Shown piece by piece: positions 36,789-43,971 of a stretch of 51,716 nucleotides of DNA (its first letter is position 1; every line of letters starts with the position of its first letter). The stretch comes from a bacterium. Its GTDB lineage: Bacteria; Patescibacteriota; Dojkabacteria; SC72. A program made the translations under genes and the position numbers. The stretch lies in the NCBI GenBank assembly GCA_017958745.1, contig JAGDCC010000034.1, forward strand, positions 1-51,716, written 5' to 3'. The notes below the pieces were generated by a model. It saw nothing but the letters and a program-made list of their open reading frames with translations. It ran no database searches and was not told the origin of the DNA.

Positions 36789-39700
36789 ATGCAATGGCCT
36801 AATAAAATTAGCAAAAAGGAGTTCTTATTATTGTTCTCTGTATTATTGATTTTTCCAGTTTTTATTTTCTATGCTTTTTTTTCTAAATCTTTTGTGACTA
36901 GTACTAAAGCAGACTCTACACAGAGTTTACCTGCGTCTATTTCTTTTGCTGATTTAAACTCTGACTCAAGAATTAGTATATCTGACTTTACTATTTGGTT
37001 AGGATATTATTCTCAATTTGCAAAATATGATAAATATAATGCTGATGGAGATTTTAATGATGATAGAAGGATATCTATTTCTGATTTTAGATTATGGTTA
37101 GATGCATATCTCTCATATGCGAAAGGCACGTATACGCAATTTGGACCTGGAGATGATACGACAAATCTGTGTGAATCTGGAGATACTTTAACAAGATGCT
37201 TAGTATATGCAGATACTGGAACAAGAGATTATAGTACAGCTATTACTACAATAAAGAATAAAGCTGCAAGAGACTTTTCTACTGTAGCAACAACAGATGA
37301 GGGATTACATGCTACACCAGATTATTCTAGTGTAAGTGCAACAACATTAGATGGAACAAGTTATTATTTCAGAGGAGCAGTAGAAGATAACTGGGTAAGT
37401 TTTGCAGGGTTCTTGTGGAGAGTTGTAAGGATAAATGGCGATGGAAGTATAAGGTTGGTTTACAGTGGAACAACAAATAACCATACTGGAGCAGGTGTAC
37501 AAATCGGAGTATCCGAATATAATGAGAGTAATGAGAATTCAACGGGGGCTGGTTATACGTATGGTGATAATACAGATAGTACAATAAAAAGTGTTGTTGA
37601 CTCTTGGTATGAGAATAATATAAGAAATAATTATGAAAAATATTTAGCGAATGAAATCTTTTGTAATGATAGGAGTATCGGAGAGACGGATGAAGACTTA
37701 ATATATTATGGAGCTTTCACAAGGTTTGTTTCTAACAATGCTACTCCAAGTTTGCAGTGTGTTAATAAGGCTGATATGTATACATTAGGTACATCTGGTT
37801 CGGGTAATGTCTCTGGAATTGATGGTGCCGGTAATAATAAATTAAAATATCCTGTAGGATTATTAAGTGTTGATGAGATTTCTTTTGGTGGTTGTGCGTT
37901 TACTGATGATAAGGCAAACTCTTATCTTTGTCCTGGAAACGATTATTGGCTTATCTCACCATTGGCATTGAGTTCTAGTGGTGTTCCTGTTATGTACATT
38001 GCAAGTGATGGTTATATTAGTGTAGCGCTATTGGAAGAAGAACTTGGTGTACGTCCAGTAATAAACCTTAAATCAGATGTTTTGTATTCTAGTGGTAATG
38101 GGACAGTGAATAATCCATATGAAATACAAGATGGCATGCATAATATTACGACGCCAATTATTACGTTGAGTTCTACAGAAGGAACAGTTGGTATAGGTAG
38201 TACCATAACATTCATAGCTACTGTCTCTAGTGGTGTAGAGGATAGTATTTCTGGTACATTAACAGTAAGTAGTAGTGATACAACGATGGCAAGTGTAGAT
38301 TCAACAATTAAGAATGTAACAGCAACTCCAAATGGGGCAGAATCTACTATAACAATAACAGGTATATCAGAGGGAGTTAGTACAATAACTGTTGGTTTTA
38401 GTCCTACGGATATTACACATTATGCAGATGCAATAGGTAAAACATATACTGTAACTGTTGAATCTGGAGTGAGTGAGCAAATGGCAACAATTCCAACAGC
38501 AACAGATTATTGTCACACAGGATTAGTGTATACAGGTAGTAGTCAAACATTAACTAAAACAGAAGGCGAAGGTTATATATTTAGTGATAATGAAGGCACA
38601 GATGCAGGAAATTATACTGTAACAGCAACATTGGAAGATGGTTACATATGGAATGACAATTCTACAGAAGCTAAAACTGTTATATGTAGTATTGAAAAAT
38701 ATGCTCCAACCATAACCTTAAGCGCTGAAGAGGAAACATTAGAATTAGGTAATACAACAACATTTACAGCTGTTGTAGTATCGAGTGTGTCGTCTGGTAC
38801 TGCAGGTGATTTAGTAGTAGAAAGTGGAGATTCCACAATCGCAACAGTTAATCCAACTAATGCTAGTATTACAGCAACTCCAAGTGGTATTGATACTGTG
38901 GTAACAGTAACTGGTGTGTCAGAAGGAGTTAGTACAATAACAGTTGGTTTTACTCCAACAGATACGACCAATAACACCAATGCAACAAGTAAAACATATA
39001 CTGTAACTATTGGCACTGCAGTAGGTGAGCAGATAGCAACAATTCCAACAGCAACGGATTATTGTCAAACGGGATTAGTTTATACAGGTAGTAGTCAAAC
39101 ATTAACTAAAACAGAAGGAGTTGGTTATACATTTAGCAATAATGAAGGCACGGATGCAGGGGATTATACTGTATCTGCGACATTAGAAGAGGGTTATGTA
39201 TGGACGGATAGTAGTACGGAAGAGAAGACATTTATTTGTAGTATAGATAAAGTGACTCCAACAATAACATTAAGTTCCGATGAAGGAACTGTTGAAGAAG
39301 GTAATGAGATAACATTTGTTGCTACTGTAACATCTGGTGGCGTATCTGAACTAGCAGGAACATTATCTGTCGAGAGTGGAGATACTAGTATTGCAACGGT
39401 AGATCCAACGAGTAAAGATATTACAGCAATAGTAAGTGGAACATCTACAACTATAGCAATAACTGGATTGGTAGCAGGTAGCAGTACAATTACAATTAAA
39501 TTTACTCCAGACAGCATTACAAACTACAATAGTCCAGAGAGTAAGACATTTGATGTAGATGTAACAGAAAGTACACCTCAAGAACTTCAGACTCCAACGA
39601 TTACTTTAAGTTCGACAGAAGGAACAGTAGAATTGGGAAATACTGCTTCATTTACAGCTACAGTATCTTCTGGAGGAACATCTAATATAGAAGGAACATT

Positions 39701-40943
39701 AACGGTAAGCAGTGGAGATACAAATAAGGCAACTGTATCTCCAGAGAGTACTGCTGTAACAGCTATACAGTCTGGTGTTGCAACAACTATAACAGTAGCG
39801 GGAGTAGCAGTAGGTAGTAGTACAATAACAGTGAGTTTTGTACCAACAGACACAACCAACTTTAATAGTGCAGATAATAAAACATATACAGTAACAGTAA
39901 ATGCGGCAGCTTCTGTTCCAACTTTGGCAGAGAAAATTATTATGGATGACCAAGGAGCATCTAGTTATAGTGGTTCTCTATTAACAGCAATACGTAATAA
40001 AACTGCTAGAGATTTTTCTACAACAGCAACTACAGATGAGGGATTGCATGCAACAGCAGACTATGCAAGTCCGAATGCGACATCTTTAAATGGATATAGT
40101 TATTATTTTAGAGGTGCTGTAACGGACAACTGGGTGAGTTTTGCAGGATTCCTATGGAGAATAATAAGAATAAATGGAGATGGAAGCATAAGAATGATTT
40201 ATAGCGGAACGACAAGTAACCATACAGGAGCAAATACACAAATAGGAACTTCTATGTTTAAGTCAGATATAGAGGAAGAAGATAGTAAGGAAAAGTTTGT
40301 AGGTTATATGTTTAAGACTACTTCTGACAATGATACAGATAGTACTATTAAAACTGTAATTGACACTTGGTATGAGAACAATTTATTAACTAATTATGAA
40401 GCTTATCTAAGTGATTCTGGATTCTGTGGAGATAGAACAGTAGAACACACAATAAATTCTGACGAAGTCGTTATCCCAACTGATACTCATATAATCAATT
40501 ATTACGGAGGATTTAATAGAACAATTCTTAACTCTACACCAACATTAAAATGTTCTAATTTATCTAGAGATATGTATACATTAAAAATATCAGGTGAAAG
40601 CAGTATAGCTGGAACAAGTGGTTATGGAAATAATGCTTTAAAGTACCCAATTGGTCTATTAACAGCTGATGAGGTTGCATTTGCTGGAGGGCATCCAACA
40701 GAAAATAATAGTAATTATTATCTGTATAATGGACAAATTGATTGGTTAATTTCTCCAGGGGCCTATGATGAATACTACAATGTATCGGATAATATGGATG
40801 TAAATATCAAAGGAATAATTAGTGGTTTTAATGTAGATTTAGGAGAATATGGTGTGAGACCAGTTATAAATCTAAAATCTAATGTTAAGTACGGTAGTGG
40901 GAGTGGAACAGAAAATGATCCATATGTTGTACAATTACTATAA
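36789..40943 (+). CDS. 1384-aa secreted multidomain surface protein: leader + dockerin-like module + unknown ~300-aa domain (copy 1) + 4 Ig-like repeats with 2 interleaved beta-domains + unknown domain (copy 2)
   Basis: Leader MQWPNKISKKEFLLLFSVLLIFPVFIFY...SFVTSTKA. Dockerin-like loops DLNSDSRISISD and DFNDDRRISISD (36951..37109). The duplicated domain is marked by YYFRGAVEDNWVSFAGFLWRVVRINGDGSIRLVYSG / YYFRGAVTDNWVSFAGFLWRIIRINGDGSIRMIYSG and GVRPVINLKS. Confidence 0.85.
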   Translation: MQWPNKISKKEFLLLFSVLLIFPVFIFYAFFSKSFVTSTKADSTQSLPASISFADLNSDSRISISDFTIWLGYYSQFAKYDKYNADGDFNDDRRISISDFRLWLDAYLSYAKGTYTQFGPGDDTTNLCESGDTLTRCLVYADTGTRDYSTAITTIKNKAARDFSTVATTDEGLHATPDYSSVSATTLDGTSYYFRGAVEDNWVSFAGFLWRVVRINGDGSIRLVYSGTTNNHTGAGVQIGVSEYNESNENSTGAGYTYGDNTDSTIKSVVDSWYENNIRNNYEKYLANEIFCNDRSIGETDEDLIYYGAFTRFVSNNATPSLQCVNKADMYTLGTSGSGNVSGIDGAGNNKLKYPVGLLSVDEISFGGCAFTDDKANSYLCPGNDYWLISPLALSSSGVPVMYIASDGYISVALLEEELGVRPVINLKSDVLYSSGNGTVNNPYEIQDGMHNITTPIITLSSTEGTVGIGSTITFIATVSSGVEDSISGTLTVSSSDTTMASVDSTIKNVTATPNGAESTITITGISEGVSTITVGFSPTDITHYADAIGKTYTVTVESGVSEQMATIPTATDYCHTGLVYTGSSQTLTKTEGEGYIFSDNEGTDAGNYTVTATLEDGYIWNDNSTEAKTVICSIEKYAPTITLSAEEETLELGNTTTFTAVVVSSVSSGTAGDLVVESGDSTIATVNPTNASITATPSGIDTVVTVTGVSEGVSTITVGFTPTDTTNNTNATSKTYTVTIGTAVGEQIATIPTATDYCQTGLVYTGSSQTLTKTEGVGYTFSNNEGTDAGDYTVSATLEEGYVWTDSSTEEKTFICSIDKVTPTITLSSDEGTVEEGNEITFVATVTSGGVSELAGTLSVESGDTSIATVDPTSKDITAIVSGTSTTIAITGLVAGSSTITIKFTPDSITNYNSPESKTFDVDVTESTPQELQTPTITLSSTEGTVELGNTASFTATVSSGGTSNIEGTLTVSSGDTNKATVSPESTAVTAIQSGVATTITVAGVAVGSSTITVSFVPTDTTNFNSADNKTYTVTVNAAASVPTLAEKIIMDDQGASSYSGSLLTAIRNKTARDFSTTATTDEGLHATADYASPNATSLNGYSYYFRGAVTDNWVSFAGFLWRIIRINGDGSIRMIYSGTTSNHTGANTQIGTSMFKSDIEEEDSKEKFVGYMFKTTSDNDTDSTIKTVIDTWYENNLLTNYEAYLSDSGFCGDRTVEHTINSDEVVIPTDTHIINYYGGFNRTILNSTPTLKCSNLSRDMYTLKISGESSIAGTSGYGNNALKYPIGLLTADEVAFAGGHPTENNSNYYLYNGQIDWLISPGAYDEYYNVSDNMDVNIKGIISGFNVDLGEYGVRPVINLKSNVKYGSGSGTENDPYVVQLL
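38151..39926 (+). repeat. Intragenic tandem repeats: 2 x 552 bp followed by 2 x 336 bp units
   Basis: Unit starts (PxITLSS codon CCA) are at 38154, 38706, 39258 and 39594. Units 1 and 2 also contain an ~80-aa ATIPTATDYC(H/Q)TGLVYTGSSQTLTKTEG...GTDAG(N/D)YTV module. Identical runs reach 38 nt (tatacaggtagtagtcaaacattaactaaaacagaagg). Confidence 0.85.
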
Positions 40944-40965
40944 TTGTAAATAATAGACAAAGTAT

Positions 40966-40979
40966 CTACAATATTGTAG
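40966..40979. promoter_or_regulatory. Perfect 14-bp palindrome CTACAATATTGTAG upstream of the 41016 gene
   Basis: It lies 37-50 nt upstream of ATG 41016. It could be an operator or could occur by chance in AT-rich DNA. Confidence 0.25.
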
Positions 40980-41015
40980 GATTTATATTAATATCTAATA
41001 TAGTGCATAGAAGAA

Positions 41016-43199
41016 ATGAAATGGACAAATAAAATAAGTAAAAGCGATTTTATATTACTAGCTTCTGTGCTATTAATTCTTCCTGCTATTGTTTTCTATA
41101 CGGTAAATTCTGATTCTTTTGAGACAAGAAGCCAAGCAGAAACAACAGAGACTTTGCTAGATAGTATATCATTTGCTGATTTAAATGATGATAATCAAAT
41201 TAGCATAACAGATTATGCTATTTGGGTAGAATATTATGTTGATTTTGCTAAAAATGGGAAGTTGAATTCCTCATGTGATTTTAATGGTGATGGTAGAATA
41301 TCTATTGCTGATTTTAGCAAATGGTTGGAAGCATATATCTCATATGTGAGAGGGTCATATATAGTATCTAAGAGAGAGAATCCTGTCGTTGTTAAATTAA
41401 ATCCTAATTATTCTGAAAATGATACTGCCTTGGTTGTTGTAGAAGATGCTAAAGGAGAAGTTTATTTTAGTATAGATACAGAATTAACAGCTCTCAATTA
41501 TGAAACAGCTGGATCTACAGTCATTCCAACTGGCAATGGAAAAGGAGGCTATAGAGTATATTGGTATTGTACTGGGAATGATAACTATTATTCTAAGAGG
41601 GGAGAAGTAGTTTTAGAGGAGGAACATATTAAGCCAGAGGTGAGTGCTGGTTCCATTAAAAAGGATAATGAAGTAACTTTAGTTGAAAATAAGTGTGGTA
41701 GTTGTATGCATGACACATATCCTGAAGATCACGCAATAGAGCCAGAGATACCGTCATCGCAATTGCTTACTGCTAGTTGTCCATCTGTATGTCAGACTGT
41801 ATATGATGCAGCGTATAGTACATCAACATTTGGTAACAAAAAGATTACAAGGGATAAAATTGAAAAAATATATACAGTTAAAGAGGTAGATGTTCCAGCA
41901 GATGCTAAAGAATCATGGGATGTTTCAGAGAAAAAAGACAAGTCTGTTGTTGCGTATGTCTTAGATAAAGATTCGAATGGCTTGTATGAGCTCTATCTAG
42001 GGGAGAATGGAGGAGTTATTGCTAACCAAGACAGTAGTCGAATGTTTGAAAATTATACATCTTTAACATATGCAGATTTAACAAATCTTTATACAGACAA
42101 TGTTACTGATATGAGCTTTATGTTCAAGGGTGATAATAAATTAAGCCAGTTGATTATTAATGGGTGGAATACAACGGCTGTTACAAATATGAAGTATATG
42201 TTTAAGGATTGTTCTTCTCTTTCATCTTTAGACCTGAATCATTTTGATACTTCCTCTGTAACAGATATGGAAGGTATGTTTTATGGTTGTATATCCATGA
42301 AATCTTTAGAAGTGGAAAAATTTAATCTTACAAATGTTAAGACAATAGAGGCAATGTTTATGAATTGCAATAAGCTTTCCAAATTAAACATTGAAAACTG
42401 GAACACAGCAAATATATCAAAAATTAGCAAGTTGTTTGCTAATTGTAAATCTCTAACTAGTATTTCCATAGGGAAATGGGATACATCACGTGTAGATGAT
42501 ATGTCTGCATTGTTTTATGGTTGTAAGTCATTATCGAATATAGATATCGGAAGTTGGGATGTATCGAATGTAACAGATATGTCTGGTTTATTCTTTGATT
42601 GCTCTTCTGTGAAATCATTGTCATTAAGTAAGTGGAATGTAGGTAATGTTAAATGGCTTTCTTACATGTTTTATGGATGTAAGTTGTTAACAGAGATAAA
42701 AATAAATAATTGGGATGTTAAAAACGTCGTAAATATGAATGGACTATTTAAAGGTTGTAAGGCTCTAGAAACTATTTCACTAAATAAATGGAAGACATCT
42801 AGTGTATCTGGGTATGGTATGGATAGTGTTTTTGAGAATTGTGAATCGTTGACGACACTGGATTTGAGTAACTGGAATACTTCTAACGTAGAAAGTATGA
42901 GTAAAGTATTTCGTGGTTGTAGTTCATTAACGACATTAAATATTTCTGGTTGGAATACTGCCAAAGTACTGGTTATGGAAGATATGTTTTATGGATGTGC
43001 ATCTTTGAAAACTATTTATGCGAGTAATTCTTTTGTCACAAAAGGACTCTTCTCTGATTTAGATTTAGAAGAAAATATGTTTAAAGGTTGTAAGAGTTTA
43101 GTTGGAGGTAATGGAACCAAGTATTCTTCCTCCCACATGGGCAAAGAATATGCAAGGATAGATACAGCTTCTAAGCCTGGATATTTCACAAGTAAGTAA
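41016..43199 (+). CDS. Secreted BspA-type leucine-rich-repeat surface protein (26-residue repeat / DUF285-like) with N-terminal dockerin-like module
   Basis: The leader is colinear with the 36789 protein (A41 and D55 at identical positions). Dockerin-like loops DLNDDNQISITD and DFNGDGRISIAD (41178..41336). About 11 repeats of W(N/D)TSxVTxMxxMFxGCxSLxxLxLxx follow. The C-terminal end FKGCKSLVGGNGTKYSS...ARIDTASKPGYFT is typical of this family. Confidence 0.85.
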   Translation: MKWTNKISKSDFILLASVLLILPAIVFYTVNSDSFETRSQAETTETLLDSISFADLNDDNQISITDYAIWVEYYVDFAKNGKLNSSCDFNGDGRISIADFSKWLEAYISYVRGSYIVSKRENPVVVKLNPNYSENDTALVVVEDAKGEVYFSIDTELTALNYETAGSTVIPTGNGKGGYRVYWYCTGNDNYYSKRGEVVLEEEHIKPEVSAGSIKKDNEVTLVENKCGSCMHDTYPEDHAIEPEIPSSQLLTASCPSVCQTVYDAAYSTSTFGNKKITRDKIEKIYTVKEVDVPADAKESWDVSEKKDKSVVAYVLDKDSNGLYELYLGENGGVIANQDSSRMFENYTSLTYADLTNLYTDNVTDMSFMFKGDNKLSQLIINGWNTTAVTNMKYMFKDCSSLSSLDLNHFDTSSVTDMEGMFYGCISMKSLEVEKFNLTNVKTIEAMFMNCNKLSKLNIENWNTANISKISKLFANCKSLTSISIGKWDTSRVDDMSALFYGCKSLSNIDIGSWDVSNVTDMSGLFFDCSSVKSLSLSKWNVGNVKWLSYMFYGCKLLTEIKINNWDVKNVVNMNGLFKGCKALETISLNKWKTSSVSGYGMDSVFENCESLTTLDLSNWNTSNVESMSKVFRGCSSLTTLNISGWNTAKVLVMEDMFYGCASLKTIYASNSFVTKGLFSDLDLEENMFKGCKSLVGGNGTKYSSSHMGKEYARIDTASKPGYFTSK
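42045..43020 (+). repeat. Coding tandem array of about 11 x 78-nt (26-residue) LRR units
   Basis: I hand-counted the units (for example WDTSRVDDMSALFYGCKSLSNIDIGS and WDVSNVTDMSGLFFDCSSVKSLSLSK). One unit is 28 aa. Confidence 0.8.
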
Positions 43200-43231
43200 C
43201 TCTTGTATATATAGACTTTGCTATTAAAATA

Positions 43232-43864
43232 CTAATGTCTTTTCTTTCTAGTGGGAATTATTGCGACTATAACGGTAGCTAATCCTATAATACTTGCAAC
43301 AATCAGTAATGTGTATATTTGATGTTCTATAAGAAAGTTCTTAACTCTATCTAGAAAACTTTTATTCTCTGTTTGGTTTGCTTTGGCAATTGAAATGCCT
43401 TCGTCGTGAATAGTTTCAGAACGAACAATATTCACTGGCTTATTTATGTCACTAATTGCGTACTCTAAATTACCAATATCTAAGGATTCTGTATCAATAT
43501 AGAAATAATAATCATCAAATCCATTATTAACATAATTGATTGTTGCAAATGTTCCAGATGCACTTGTGTTGTCATCGTTGAAGCATTCTATGGAGATAGT
43601 ATTGTTATTAACTTTAATATCTTCACCAACTTGACACATATTTTCAGCAATAACGATATCATCTTCGGTTATTTCTAAATTCTCAGAGTAATGTATCTTA
43701 ATATCTATAGCTGGAAGATAAACGTTAGTATCGCTATCTACAATAAGATCTACAGTATTATTTTCATTCTCGATAAGCATTATATCTGTTGCAGCAAGCA
43801 AATAGTTCTTGGAAAGAAACAATAATGATAAGGTGAATAATAATATAATCCTCTTTGATTTCAT
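43232..43864 (-). CDS. Membrane-anchored cohesin-like domain protein (putative dockerin receptor)
   Basis: Signal peptide MKSKRIILLFTLSLLFLSKNYLLAA, then a ~140-aa beta-rich domain. Its landmarks LPAIDIKIHYSENLEITEDDIV and SGTFATINYV parallel cohesin segments I recall (IANCDFVYSYDPNVLEIIEI, GVFATIVAKV). The C-terminal TM helix ends in RKKRH. Confidence 0.5.
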   Translation of the reverse strand: MKSKRIILLFTLSLLFLSKNYLLAATDIMLIENENNTVDLIVDSDTNVYLPAIDIKIHYSENLEITEDDIVIAENMCQVGEDIKVNNNTISIECFNDDNTSASGTFATINYVNNGFDDYYFYIDTESLDIGNLEYAISDINKPVNIVRSETIHDEGISIAKANQTENKSFLDRVKNFLIEHQIYTLLIVASIIGLATVIVAIIPTRKKRH

Positions 43865-43971
43865 GATTACAGAAACTCATTTTATACTTCTTTTATAAAA
43901 ATAGCAGATTAAATTGATTATTTCCACAATTAAAGGTATTCTTTTATAGGATTAATTGATGGTTAAATCAC

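Noticed and set aside
38471-39240. Possible diversity-generating retroelement TR/VR pair, because CPR genomes often carry DGRs and two ~190-nt segments (about 38480..38670 and 39032..39222) are near-identical.
   Set aside because: The differences between the copies are not adenine-specific; I see a<->g, c->a, g->t, t->c changes and multi-nt substitutions. Both copies lie in frame inside one gene as part of a 552-bp tandem unit. No reverse transcriptase is present in the window.
42045-43020. CRISPR-like periodicity (regular ~78-nt repeats), plus other repeat-rich stretches (9364..9503, 38151..39926).
   Set aside because: All of them lie inside long ORFs and translate into protein repeats (26-residue LRR, TPVQ linker, Ig-like units). 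Repeat copies are degenerate at DNA level, there is no repeat-spacer structure, and no cas genes are present.
43865-43971. Direct 10-mer repeat TTCTTTTATA, twice, in the divergent intergenic region between the cohesin-like gene and the Big_2 gene, as a possible regulator site.
   Set aside because: It is a T/A-rich 10-mer in AT-rich DNA with no dyad symmetry and no third copy elsewhere in the locus. The evidence is insufficient.
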